Shown here: positions 50,318-63,884 of the stretch, piece by piece | How positions within the stretch are numbered: position 1 is the stretch's first letter | How the letters are laid out: each line of letters opens with the position of its first letter | Origin: Octopus sinensis | Taxonomy: Eukaryota | DNA: 64,000 nucleotides | Assembly (NCBI RefSeq): GCF_006345805.1 | Contig: NC_042999.1 | Coordinates: 109,926,001-109,990,000, forward strand | Direction: 5' to 3' | Program-made: the position numbers and the translations under genes | The notes under the pieces: generated by a model | What the model was told of the DNA's origin: nothing | The model's database searches: none | Seen by the model: only the letters and a program-made list of their open reading frames with translations

Positions 50318-51642
50318 TTAAGGTGATGAAAAAATAAAATAAGCTGTCTTATAAAGATACTAAAAGAAATCATCAGTTGAGAATTGTTAGCTTAAATACA
50401 TACTCAAAATTTATATGTCTATCTGTCTATCTACCATTATCTGTATACATAAATATGGGTAATAAAATTACAAACATTTCTAAAAGTGGTTGTATTTCAA
50501 AGAAATATAATTTAAATACATAACTCAAAAATATCTAATTATTCACTTTATTCAAATGAATAATTATATATGAATATAGAACTTTAAATGAATAAGTTTT
50601 CTTCCAGACAAGTTTCATGATATTCATTTTGTAGCTACATGTGTCTAAATGTGAAGCTGTGGTGGTTTGACATGATTTTAGACAATTTTTTTTTCTGAAA
50701 AGTTTCTAATTGATGAGGAGACTTGATGAAAATACCAATATATTTTCTGTAATTAAATTTAAAAATATATTTTAAAAGTTTCACAAATGAGTCATAATAG
50801 AGTAGAAATTAAAATTTCCTTGTACCTTAGAAAAAGAATTTCTAAATTTGTACAAAAACTACGCATTTATTTTGAAAATGTATTTCAGCAACTTCATTAA
50901 TTTTGAAAACGAACAAATAAAAAAAAAAAATCGTGACACAAATTTTGTCTTTTTTTTATCTTAAAAATCTAACAAACGAAAGTTTGAAAAAATTAAATTT
51001 CATTAAATATTTTAGAAGTTATTTTAACTGTAATGATTATCTCCCTTAGTCTGGATCAGGAAACAGCTGGAAAATGGAAACTTTCAAGTAAAGATAATTA
51101 ACCATAAAGTTATTGATAGTGTGTGTGCGCGCACACACACCAATGCATAAGGCTCTTTATATTAACATACATGTATATGTTCTCTCTTTCTCTCTCTCTC
51201 ATACACACACACACACAGATATCCACCAAATCATCGTTTTCCTACACTTATTTCAAAAGACACTTCACCATTTATTTATTTATTTATTTATCATTTGTTG
51301 TTTTTAATGTTATTATTAATAGAATGAAAGATTTTTTTTATAATCTTCGTGAGGACAAATTAAATGTAAAGGTGGATAAATCATAATTAATTCTAGCAAA
51401 TTACAAAGGGAAACTAGTTAAAGTAACAAGATATAAAGCAAAGATTTATTTCTTCAAGCAATGTATTTGTTTTAATAAAATAAATCATATAAAACTTGTT
51501 ATTACAAGAAGGATAAGCAACAGGAAAAGTATCCACTTGGAAAATGAATTCCTCAATGAATTCTAGCTGACCTATGCAAACATGGAAAGGTGGGTAATAA
51601 AATGATATTGAGGATGATGAATATATATATATATATATATAT

Positions 51643-52004
51643 AACCATCAGAGCGTAGCCGTCTGCCAGCCTCGTCTGGCACCTGTGTCGGTGGCACATA
51701 AAAAACACCATCCGAGCGTGGCCGTCTGCCAGCCTCGTGTGGCACCTGTGTCGGTGGCACATAAAAAACACCATCCGAGCATGGCCGTCTGCCAGCCTCA
51801 TGTGGCACCTGTGTTGGTAGCACATAAAATCACCCACTACACTCTCGGAGTGGTTGGCGTTAGGAAGGGCATCCAGCTGTAGAAACACTGCCAGATCTGA
51901 CTGGCCTGGTGCAGCCTTCCAGCTTGCCAGACCCCAGTTGAACCGTCCAACCCATGCTAGCATGGAAAGCGGACGTTAAACGATGATGATGATGATGATG
52001 ATGA
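51643..52004 (+). mobile_element. RTE-LINE 3' UTR copy with 3 modules
   Basis: Same unit sequence as 40340-40660 in the opposite orientation; (GAT)n tail. Confidence 0.85.
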
Positions 52005-52174
52005 TATATATATATGATAGTAAGCACTTGGATATAAATACGTAGGTATACATCCAGTAGTATATTGGATATTTATTACCCCTTAGATTGTTGCTTAACC
52101 TCTAACTCATACAGACATATATATATATACATAAATATGTATACACACACACAAATGCATACAAAAATATAATT

Positions 52175-52355
52175 TGGTTTCTAATTTTAGCACAAGGCCA
52201 GCAATTTTGGAGGAGAGCAAGTTGATTATACTGACTCCAGTAATCAACTGGTACTTATTATATCTACTCAGAAAAGGATGAAAGGTAAAGTCAGCCTTGG
52301 TGGAATTTGAACTCAGAATGTAAAGAAAGATTAAATGCCACAAAGCATTTTGCCT
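52175..52355 (-). mobile_element. SINE family B
   Basis: gcacaaggcc...aactggtactt...gaatttgaactcagaatg. Confidence 0.6.
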
Positions 52356-52769
52356 CACATGCATACATATAACTGATGTACATCTACATATATGCATATA
52401 TAGATGTATGTATGCTATATATATATGCACATCTATATAGTACTTAAATATACATACATACACACATACATATATATATATACATATATATATACAGGCA
52501 TATAAATACATGCATATACATATATGATATATATACATACATATCTACCTATATTCATATATATATATATATATATACACACACATATATAAATACATAT
52601 GTATATATATATATATATGTTCATATATAGATATATATAAATATATCGTCATCGTTTAATGTCCACCTTCCATGTTGGCATGGGTGGAAGTATATATATA
52701 TATAATATATATATATATATATTATATATATATATATATATATCTAGGGAGAGAGAGAGAGAGAGGTAG

Positions 52770-52809
<40 letters not shown>

Positions 52810-54204
52810 ATGGATGTGTACATTACATATATATATCTATGTGTACTGTGTGTGTTTATATTTATATAACTATACATTTGGACATTGTTATATTTGTGTG
52901 TGTGTCTATATGCATATACATAAATGTGTATTTCCATATATGTAAGAACGTAAGTATTTACATACATCTTGATTCAAGGTGTGATTATTAGAGGGAGAGA
53001 GGGGTGCATCAGGTTCTTGTTTGGTATTCCTTGAAATTATTTCCAGCATTGTAAACTGGAAGGGACACCATGGAAAGAAGTACCTTGTTGAAGGGTAACG
53101 AAAGCACCACCTCATTCAGAAATCAAACCTACAACCTTACCACCCTGAGCCAAACTCTGTTACCAGTAGGCTACATCATGATAGTTGAACCAGCAGTCAG
53201 TTGACTAAATCTAAATTATTATAGGTACTTTTTGCTTGACTTTGTCATCTAGCACTTTCATCCCAGCTGCATGAAAATGCAATCTGCACAAAAATCAAGA
53301 TGCATGCATTTCACTGCCTGACTGCCTGCTGCTCCTCCATGAATGGCAACCACACTTTCAAAATCGGTAGATCATGCATGATCCTGCACGTTACTTCAGT
53401 GAAGCAGCTCAGAAAACGAGCAAAGCTACTGTAGAGATGTTTTAAAACAAAACATTTTTATGCCCATCCAGTTCACCCCCACATACAATTTGATAGTTTT
53501 AATTAATATTTAATTCAATTAACTGCCCCACCACCAACACCACAAACCCCGTCGCCACCACAACTACCTTGCTTGTAGCCATAATTGGAATACACAGTTC
53601 AATTATCCTGGGATGCCTTAAGTATATGCTTCCGTTATAGTAGTGATAGCTAGGGTGGCGGTAGAAGCAGCCGAAGAAGAAGGGCTTTCATGCTATAGAG
53701 ATAAAATGCGAATCATTCACTATTCAATTGGTGTAACATAAACTAAAATTATTAAGATGACACCCAACCACCCCCATCTGGCTGTTTATACCTCCGTCAC
53801 TGTGAACAGCCACAAATCTGCTCTCCACCTTCAACCAATTAAGGGATGGAAAATTCAATGTTTCCAGCAAGGTTATTTAAAAATGAATTGACACAAGGAA
53901 CAAAAATTTAAAAAAAAAACATAAAAAGAAAATTATTAACACAAACACACACACACATATATATATACAAACACACAAACATATATATATATATATATAT
54001 ATTCACGCACACACACACACATACAGATGTTATAAAGATAAAATAAAGGAATAACCACTTTTCCTTTTTACTTTTTTTTATGAAGTGAATTTCAAGAACT
54101 GGAGAAACAGGTGCAAGGAATTGGACCATAAAAAAGAACATGCACCAAAATATAATTAAATAAAGGAATAAATAAATAAAAGGGGAGTAAATAACACCAG
54201 TAAT

Positions 54205-54408
54205 AATAATGATGACGATAATAATAGCAACGAACAGGAAGAAATAATAATAATAATAATAATAAATAATAATAATAATAACAATAATGATAATAACATT
54301 AATAATAACAATGATAATAATAACAATAATAATAACAATAATAACAATAATAATAATAATAATAATAATAACAATAATGGTAATAACATTAATAATAACA
54401 ATAATAAC

Positions 54409-54446
<38 letters not shown>

Positions 54447-54482
54447 TAATAATAATAATAACAATAATAATGATGATGATGA
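54205..54482 (+). repeat. Long (AAT/AAC/GAT)n microsatellite mosaic
   Basis: Read directly from the sequence; source of the poly-Ile and poly-Leu ORFs. Confidence 0.95.
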
Positions 54483-55122
54483 TTCCCCAAAAAATCTGCG
54501 AAAAAAGATAGTATCCCAAAAGAGCTCAATGTCAACTCTTCAAATCCTTAAATTAACAACCATGGGCCTTTCCACCCTACACCTCCAATATCACGGTGTG
54601 TTTTGGGTTTTTTTCCCCCTCTTTTATTTTCCCTTTTATTTTTTAATGCAAAGGTCCCCAGCTGCTCTGTTTTCATCTGGTACTTGATACAATTGTTACA
54701 TGGCAAAAAAAAAAGAAAAGAAAAAAAGAACATATGCTTCTGTGTGTGTGTGTGTGTGTGTAAAAAGAGCAATGAAAAGCAACTATTAAATTCAATTTCT
54801 GTTTCATTCATTTCCTTTATTAAATCTCGCATCATTTGGCAATAAGCACTTATCAGTTGTCTCCCTCCACTCCATCTCCCACCTTATAGTCTTGTGCCTT
54901 AGAGTTCAATACCGAGCAACATACAACAACAAAAAAAAAAAGAAAAACAAAAAACACATAATGCATGTTTTTCTGTTATTCATTCTTAAACAGTTTCTGT
55001 CCTTCGTTTTCATGCTTTATTATTACTACTTACATTAACATGAGTTTTTTTTTTTTTTATGAATATCTTTATAACCTTGCAGCAAATAAAGAAAATATAT
55101 ATGTGCCAGATTATTATTGTTA

Positions 55123-55728
55123 TAAAGGTAGCGAGCAGGCAGAACAATTAGCATGCTGGATGAAATACTTAGCAGTATTTCGCCCATCGTTATGTTCTGA
55201 GTTGAAATTCTGCCTAGGTTATCTTTGCCTTTCATCATTTTGGGGTCGATAAATTAAGTACCTGTGAAGTACTGGAGTTGATGTGATCAACTGTTCTCCA
55301 CCCCACAAAATCCAGGCTGTATGCCTATAGTAAAAAGGATTATTATCATGGTTGTGAAGGCGGTGAGCTGGCAGAATCATTAGCACACTGGACGAAATAC
55401 TTAGCAGTATTTCACCCTTTGCTACATTCTGAGTTCAAATTCCATCAAGGTCAACTTCGCCTTTCATCCTTTCAGGGTTGATAAATTAAGTACCAGTTGA
55501 ACACTGGGGTTGATGTAATCAACTCATTCCTACCTCCCACAAGCTGCCCTTGTGACAAAAATTTGAAATTATTATTGTTATTATTATTAAGGCAGCGAGC
55601 TGGCAGAATTGTTAGCATGCTGAATGAAATGCTTAGCAATATTTTGCCTGCTGCTGTGTTCTGAGTTCAAATTTCGTCAATGTCAACTTTGCCTTTCATC
55701 CATTCAGGATCGATAAATTAAGTACCAG
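55123..55728 (+). mobile_element. Head-to-tail array of 3 SINE family B copies (third truncated)
   Basis: Heads at about 55123, 55356 and 55589. Confidence 0.8.
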
Positions 55729-56022
55729 GGCCCACACAACAACAAAATAGCAAATTGGGTTCCACAATGTTTTAAAGGGCTCCTGGAAAATGTTTGCCTA
55801 AGATGTATGTATTGGTATTTATTGCAAGAAACAACCAGGTTTCTTTCTCTAACAGTTTCCATAGGTCAACCTACACAAGTCAATGTTTGAAAAACAAAAT
55901 AGGAATTTTAAAAAAGTTTCTATGAAACTAGTTTTTAAGCATCAAACGATTATGAGGGTCCACCAGAATAAAATAGTATTCAAAGGGGTCCATAGATAAA
56001 AAAAAATGGCTGAGAACCCCTA
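55728..56022. mobile_element. hAT MITE, same family as 8868-9219, left end missing
   Basis: Shared ttgcaagaaac...caacctayacaagt...aactag...ccagwataaaatagt; right end ctgagaacccct. Confidence 0.6.
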
Positions 56023-56025
56023 ATA

Positions 56026-56586
56026 GATTGACCCCAATGCTTTTTCTGTTTTGAAAGTTTTGTACTTATTCTTTCAGTCGCTTTTTGTCAAACCACTAAG
56101 TTTTGAGGACGCAAATAAACCAACACTTGTTGTAAAGTGGTGGTAGAGGACAAACACAAAGACGTATACATAGATATATCCATCCATCCACCCATCTATC
56201 TATATACAGTAATACTTTGGCTAACGCAGGTGTTACGTTCCAAAACACCCCATGTTAGGTGAAAATCCGTGACGTAGAAACAGTACTGTACTGTATATTT
56301 TTTAAATTATTTTTATAATTTGTATATATTTATTTTGTTATAAATGCAAAACAACACCACAGAGGAATTGATGTAAGCTTAAATAATAAACCACGATAGG
56401 TGAACCGTGATAGGCGAACCGCGATAGGGTGAGGGATTACTGTATACACGATGCATTTCTTTCAGTTTCTATCTACCAAATTCACTGGCATGGCTTTGGT
56501 CATCCCAAGCCTTGTGGAAGCACTTGCCCAAGATGTCACACAGTAGGACTGAACCCAGAATCTTGCATTTGAGAAGCAAACTTCTT
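56026..56586 (-). mobile_element. SINE family A interrupted by a MITE
   Basis: Family A segments on both sides of 56207-56442. Confidence 0.7.
56207..56442. mobile_element. pogo/Tigger-like MITE
   Basis: TA on both sides; TIRs cagtaatactttggctaacgc / gcgatagggtgagggattactg. Confidence 0.75.
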
Positions 56587-57041
56587 TATAAAGTCTTTAG
56601 TTTAATAACTAAAACAGTCAATACATTGTGTCTTTGAGCAAAGCACTTCATTTCACATTGTTCTGCAGCCTACTCAGCTGAAAATGAGTATCATCTGTGT
56701 CCTAGTGCAGCTCTCTCTCTCTCTCTGTCCTTTCAGCTGTTGCATCTTTAATGTGCTAATGTTGTCATGGATGAGTGAAAGAGAAAGTTTTCTATGCTGG
56801 TTTGCAAAATACATAAGCATCTAAAACATTTAACCAAAGTATGGTACATGTTACAAAGTCATACTCACACAAAAATGACAGCTGGATGTATTTATTAGCG
56901 TGGAGAAATCAAAAACAAAATTAACTCTTACAAGGTGTGAACTCAAAACAAGGAGGCGTCAGACTACAGTGATTGTAATGCAATCAGAGGGACTTACTAC
57001 TTTTGTTACCATATAATAAAGATTTATTACAGCGTTTGTCT

Positions 57042-57396
57042 TATATTTATTTCAGTCATTAGACCGTGACCATGGTGGGGCACTGCATTAGGGTTTAATT
57101 AAACAAGTTTCCCCCAGTAATTTCTTTTTGCCAAGTCTGGTACATATTCTAACGGTTTCCTTGTGCTGAACTGCTAAGCTAGGAGAATGTAAATAAACCA
57201 ACACTGGTTGTTAAGTGGTAGTGGAGGACAAGCACAAACACACACACACACACACATACATGACAGGCTTCTTTCAGTTTCTGTCTACCAAATCTACTCG
57301 CAAAGTTTTAGTTGACCCATGGTTAACGCCACTCAGTGGGACTGAACCTAGAAGCATGAGGTTAGGAAGCAGAGTTCTTACCACATGGCCACACCT
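57042..57396 (-). mobile_element. SINE family A
   Basis: ttctttcagtttctgtctaccaaatc...gtgggactgaacc...ttcttaccac. Confidence 0.7.
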
Positions 57397-58362
57397 GAAA
57401 CACGAACCCACAATTTTTGTGGGAAATACAGCCTACTATATTTCCCCTTGACTTTATTCCAGAAGGATAAAATGATAAAGTCAACTCTGGCAATATTTTT
57501 ACTCAGAATATAAGTCTGAGTTCAAATGCCATAAGGCATTTGCATTTATCTTGATAAATCTGCTGTACAATATCTTTCAAATAATAATGATTTTTTTTTA
57601 CATCAGCCTGTGTTAAAAATTTTTTGTCGGCTTAGATGTGATTTTCATTCAGAAATAAAGGGATGTCACAAAAGCCAGAAGAATTACTGTGAGACATTTT
57701 ATCCAATGCACTAACAATTCTGTGAATAATAATAATAATAATAATGTTTAAGTAATAAAACATACGTAGAAACAGCAAAAGATAACACAATCATAAAATA
57801 CAGTTCAGTTGAAAAAGTTAAAACTGCTGAGTAATGAAAATTCTTAAGGATAAAAGGCAAAGTCTACCTCAGGTAAGAATGCAAATGGATGTAATTAAAT
57901 AGTCAAGTATTTAATCTGGTACTCTATAATACTAATAATGATTCTGAGTTGGGTCAAAAGCTAACCTCAGTACTTGACTGGTATTTATTCAACCAACTCT
58001 AGAAAGATGAAATTAAAAGTCAAACCGAGTGGGATATGAAGCCAAAATGTAAAGAGAAATAACTAAATTTTGGAGAGCTTGCACCCAGCATGCTATTGAA
58101 TGTGACCCATATATTAACATGATGAAATAAAAAAGATTTAAAGTATTCATATTATTCTTATCAGAAAACTATTTTGGTTCAATAGAATGAATGAATGTGA
58201 GTGAATGAGAGAGCCCAAATATGAAAGAAAATTTTCTTTCTGTGAATACTCATAAGAATAGTTATATTTTGAGAAGCATGACCGGAAGTAGATAAATATA
58301 AGAGTGGTTGGTTGATTCTCATTATTTATGCCTAAGTCAGCTCTCTGATTATCCCATCTTAC

Positions 58363-58549
58363 TTGAGGTAAAGTGTATCATGAAGTACATTATCAAATGA
58401 GTCTTTCCTCCTTGTTAAGACAATGATTTGAAATTTGAGATAGATTTCATTATTATTTCTAGCAAATGGAATGACCACCGTATAGAGTCCTCCTTCATTG
58501 ACTTGAAGTTGTGGGTTCTGAGATAGGTTATCCACTTCACAGGGAAAAA
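58363..58549 (-). CDS. Candidate 187-nt coding exon, FPCEVDNLSQNPQLQVNEGGLYTVVIPFARNNNEIYLKFQIIVLTRRKDSFDNVLHDTLYL; product unknown
   Basis: Acceptor ttattgatctcag, donor CAA/gtaaga; frame open throughout (phase 1 to 2); not repeat-derived by eye; lies inside ORF 58359-58688. Confidence 0.5.
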
Positions 58550-59005
58550 CTGAGATCAATAACATGCAAATGAAATAATACAGAAACATATGAAAGCAGT
58601 GGGTGAAATGAAAGATTGCAAGAAACAGGTTTTGGTCTATTAGTTGCTTTAAAGAATTTCCATGCATTTGTGTTTTCAAGGATAACATAGGTTTTATAAA
58701 CCTGCATATATAGGTATTTGCTATGGATTATTTGAACAAGTCCTTATACACTTGAATAGAGTTTCTTAACACTAACCACTGATCCTTGAAGTCAAAGTCG
58801 TATAGATTTTTCAGATAAATTAACTGAGGCAAGTAGATTAAAGAGCCTTATCAAAAAAACACAACAGCTTATAGTTAAAATCAACATCCATCCTATAGTT
58901 AAGTATTTGCCAGCATTCCTTCATGTATTCATGAGGAAGTTACATCCATCATGAAAATAATTGAGGTTATAAGTGTTAGCAACTCTAAATGGATAAATGG
59001 CATTC

Positions 59006-59041
<36 letters not shown>

Positions 59042-59074
59042 GTATATATCTATATATATACACATACATATATG

Positions 59075-59915
59075 CAGAGTATGATTGGGTAAATTGTTGC
59101 TATTTCTTATTTTTAATTTCGTGCATGCGCATTGTTTGTTTTTGCCTTTGTCGACTACACAGTATAGTAGGGTCAGTTGGGCACTGTCTGTGAGGAAAAC
59201 AGCACCATGACGCAATTCACTCTGCGAGGAATTTGGAAACGACATGCTGTACTGCTTGGCATTTGTGCTAGAAGCTCCAATACGAAGCGTCGGAAACTCC
59301 AATATGAACATGTACCGAGCATGATCAAAATTAAACATCCAGTCAACATCATGGTGTTTGGAGTGATCACTAATGATGGTGACGTTATGCCTCCATTAAT
59401 CTTCCCACACAGTCTCACACTCAACACAGTGGCCTACATCAAGTGCCTGGAGGAGGTAGTGCTGCCTTGGCTCAAGAGGGTGGCAACACGACTCTGCACC
59501 ATGCCACAAAAGCAGAAGAACCTAGTCATGGCTGTCAGACAATTTCTGCGACCACATCACCTCTAACATCTGGCCACCTAACTCCCTAGACTGCAACCCA
59601 CTTGATTATTATATGTGGGGCACAGCTGAGTGAGAGATCAACAAAAGTCTAGGTAACATCAAAGGTCAACTGAAGGCAAGGATTATGGCAGCATTCACCA
59701 ACTTAAACAAGGAGACCATCCAGAAGAGTTTCAGGAAATTCCGAAGTGGTCTGGAGGCCATAGTTGAAGCTAATGGCGATGTTATTGAATAAACTTACTC
59801 TTTAGTATTTCAAGATATTTTTACATAGTTTTGGTAAATATATCTGTTAAAATGAGATGTCAGTGTTATTCTCCTTTTTGCATAATTTAGACTACAGTTT
59901 ATTCATTGCACCCTG
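59075..59915 (+). mobile_element. Internally deleted Tc1/mariner element, DD37D (maT-type)
   Basis: Degenerate TIRs cagagtatgattgggtaaattg / cagtttattcattgcaccctg+TA. Remnants include MVFGVI, DSAPCH and WPPNSLDCNPLDYY, with 37 residues between the last two D. ATG at 59207, TAA at 59790. Confidence 0.85.
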
Positions 59916-60150
59916 TACATGTATGTACACATACATATATACATATATGAATCCCACCCTTGACACACACACATATGTATATGTAATCAAATGAATAATA
60001 ACATACGATAGATAATTGTCAGCTCATTATGGCTGATTCTTATGTAACTTCTAATAGAAGAATAAGAACATTACATCATTATAAAAGACGGTAATCATCA
60101 GATGGGAAGTAATTTTACAAAACAAGAGAATATCCAGGAATACAGCATGC

Positions 60151-60207
<57 letters not shown>

Positions 60208-60350
60208 TATATATATGTATATATACACACACATATATATACTTATATACACATACGTATATATGCATACATATATATGTACATATACATACATATATGT
60301 ACATATACATAAATATACATACATATATATATGTACATAAATACATGTAT

Positions 60351-60515
60351 CATCATCATCATCGTCGTTTAACGTCCGTTCTCCATGCTAGCATGGGTTG
60401 GACGGTTCGACCGGGGTTCTGGGAAGCCAGAAGGCTGCACCAGGCTCCAGTCTAATTTGGCAATGTTTCTACAGCTGGATGCCCTTCCTAATGCCAACCA
60501 CTCCGTGAGTGTAGT
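60351..60515 (-). mobile_element. RTE-LINE 3' end, truncated just before the modules
   Basis: (CAT)n + gtttaacgtccg...gatgcccttcctaatgccaaccac. Confidence 0.8.
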
Positions 60516-60603
60516 ATCTATATATATATATAATATAAATGATATATAATATACATATATATATATGCATACACACATACACATACACAAACACACACAT
60601 ACA

Positions 60604-62012
60604 CAAGAATACCAAAAAGTAATGTTGCATTTCATGTAATGAGTTTAAATCATCATAAAACATATTGTAAATATATCTATTCATTCAAAATATAATCGCT
60701 GTTGTGAGCAATAACATTTTCCTACTGCAAAACCAGTTTTCTGATTCCTCGGGCAAAAAAAAAATCAGGTTCTTTAGAAGAGAAAAATATTTGGAGTGTC
60801 GTTTTTGACAATCGTCCTTGCTTTAGAATATTTATCTGCAGGTAAATAAATATTATTATGTTGCAGGATGACTCCCTTCCTGTGAACAAGCGCTGATTGT
60901 GTTTTGAACAAAACTTGATTAACATGTTCAGGTTGTTGACAATAAAGTTCTGCTGTGATGCTTTTCCCTTATTCCAATAATTCAAAGTGAACAATACTTA
61001 TTATATTCCATCAAATGTGCAAAAATATCTTCTTTGGGTGTTGCTCTGGTTTGGGTATTGGAACAGGATTTCAAAATGACCTTGGCCACTGCTTTTAAGG
61101 TTTATTGTTGGAATAATCTTTCAATTACTCATCACCTGCTACAATTTGTTTGTTTATGCTTGATTAGAAATTGTTACAAATTGTTAAACACTCCAGTTTA
61201 ATATAGGAGGGCAGCTCATAAGGTACCTACCTCTTTTCTCTATAAAAAAAAAAAATAAATGCACTCTTTTAAAGTCAAGCCAGGCTCATGGGCCCGGTTT
61301 CCCAGTATCAATGGCGTATGTGTTCCCCAGCTGGACGGGGTGCCAGTCCATTGCAGTGTTACTCATTTTTGCCAGCTGAGTGGACTGGAGCAACATGAAA
61401 TGAAGTGTTTTCCTCAAGAACACAATGTGTCACCCAGTCCAGGAATTGAAACCACAATCTTACGATCATGATGCTGACACTGTAACCACTAAGCCATGCA
61501 CCTCCACCTTTTCTCTATACACTATCTCAATATTCTTCAGATGACCTTGCCCACTGGATGTTTATTTAGCTTCCAGGACAAAATCACCAATAGTTTGATG
61601 CTGGTCCTCTTCAATTGCTGTTTCCATAACAATAAGTCTTTCTGATTTATGCCCATCCAATAGAACAAAATCACCACTTTTGAATTTTTAAACCACTTTT
61701 AGCATTCTAGAAACACTCATACCATTAGGATATATAGTACATATGTTTTACCTTGCACATGTTGCTTTGTGGTCTTGGCAAAATATGTAAAGAATGCAAT
61801 GCTGAATATACAGATCACTGAAGTTCTGATCTTCCATGGGCTAATTGAAGAGAACATATAAACACACTGTGTCAACATTGATATTTGGTTATTGCCTTTA
61901 TGTTGATTGGTTGGTTGGTCACAAGGGGAGCTTTTATTGGCTTGTAAACTATTTCCTGATATGATGTCAGACTAATTGCTTGAAAGTACAATATTACTCT
62001 TTTGTATCTCAA
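60604..62012 (-). mobile_element. Decayed near-full-length mariner element interrupted by a SINE
   Basis: Minus-strand remnants MEDQ...HCILYIF (ATG at 61837), KWFKKFKSGDF, VPYEL (WVPHEL-like), VAGDE, HPKKIFLHI*W, ITAELYCQQ and RKGVILQHNN; degenerate TIRs at about 60604-60633 and 61982-62012. Confidence 0.75.
61245..61507 (-). mobile_element. tRNA-derived SINE family C
   Basis: 12-bp TSD cttttctctata (61233-61244 and 61508-61519); A/B-box-like head on the minus strand. Confidence 0.8.
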
Positions 62013-62069
62013 TAGACACACACGCACACATACAAATATATATATGAATACACATATATACTTACACAC

Positions 62070-62124
<55 letters not shown>

Positions 62125-62199
62125 GTGTACTTACACATCTAGACATGTGCACGTGCACACACACATATACCCATATATGTGTGCGTGTATGATGATGAT

Positions 62200-62460
62200 C
62201 ATCATTATCATTATCATTTATTCCTCATCTTTCATGTTGACAAGAGTTGGATAACTCAACAGGGTCCAATAAGGACTGTATTGAGCTCCAGTGTCTGCTT
62301 TGGTAGGATTTCAATGGCCGGATGCCTTTCTAATACCAACCCCTTTACAGATTGCATTAATTGCTTTATTTTTTTGTGACACTAGCATTAGTGAGGTCAC
62401 TAAGAAATTTTGAAGACAAAGAAAAAGACTCCTTGATTGGCGAACTTGCTGTAGAAAAGG
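62200..62460 (-). mobile_element. Old RTE-type 3' end
   Basis: (CAT)n-like tail; ggccggatgcctttctaataccaacc. Confidence 0.45.
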
Positions 62461-62754
62461 AAATGGCTTTATTCCAGGTATGACAGAGAGACGGGCACAA
62501 GTGCTGTACAAGTGATACATGGCAACCCTACATTATATAACGATGGGAGGGAGTAGCATCAATGAAAACAATGATGGTGGTGATATAGTGTCAACGCATA
62601 CTCTAAAAATATAAAACAGTGAATACAATAAAGAATAAGAATGAGGACAAAAAATCAGAAAGGTTGGGTGGATATGTTCGAAAAGGTGAAAGCTAGGCCA
62701 CCAATATGAAGGTGGGGTTAGACTATTCCATTGATTCCTGTAATTAAAAGATAG

Positions 62755-62870
62755 CTATTTTATTGACCCTGAAAGAGGAAAGGCAAAGTTGCAAGTGAGA
62801 AGATTTGAACTCAGAATGTAATGAGCTGGAAGACTTGCTATTAAGCATTTTGTTTGATGAGCTACTGCCT
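62755..62870 (-). mobile_element. SINE family B fragment
   Basis: ttattgaccctgaaag...aggcaaagt...tttgaactcagaatgta. Confidence 0.5.
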
Positions 62871-63700
62871 TAATATATATATATACATGTATATTTAGAC
62901 TTACAGACATACATATACATATGTACAAACACACACACACACACATTGATCAAATGATTGAATTATCCATTTACTTTGCTATTTATTTACCAAAATATGT
63001 GTCCATACATATATACGACTCAGACATGGCACAGGATTTTGGGTTCATACACACATGCACACACACAGACACACACGCATCATTATCTCATCTTGATTAT
63101 CACTTATTATCATTATTAAAATTTTTAATCCTCATTTAGTGGATCCTTTTCAAGATGAGCCTCTAATTAATAAGCTAAAGAATCCGCTCGAGTAAACCAT
63201 CTTTGAAACAGCCACAGACTAATTAAAAATTATTTGGTATTATTAGACTTGCAGAATTTAATCCTGCATTTCATTTATATTTCTATTAGTTTGATGCAAA
63301 TTGGAATTAGCAATAGCATAATTAAGGTACTTAATCTAATCCTATTGTAAGATTAAGTGTCAAGTAGAATCAAAGAATTAAAAACGGTACTGCAAACATG
63401 GAGGTAACGGGACGGAAACTGTCAAATTGTTGTGGTAGGTTTTCAGAAAACTCGTATAAAAATATGCATTCATATAAACAAACACCTTCCTACTTGCACA
63501 CCCACACAGACACACACAAACATACACACATGCCTACACTCTCTCACAAACATTTACATATGTAACACATGCTTATAAAAACAAATGTAGATGTGGATGC
63601 GTATTTATATGCATATGTGAGGGATGTTCATGTGAATGTGTGTGTGTAGAAAATTGTCTTTTATATAATGAATAAGAATGGATATATTTATCCAAATATA

Positions 63701-63764
<64 letters not shown>

Positions 63765-63884
63765 ATAAATGTATCTCATGTGATTGCTGGTTACAATGCA
63801 TTTTCACATTGTTTTAGCCTTCAAATGACACCACCCCTCTGGCTGAGTGAGCAGGCCAACAATACCCTCTCATCGACAGGTAAC

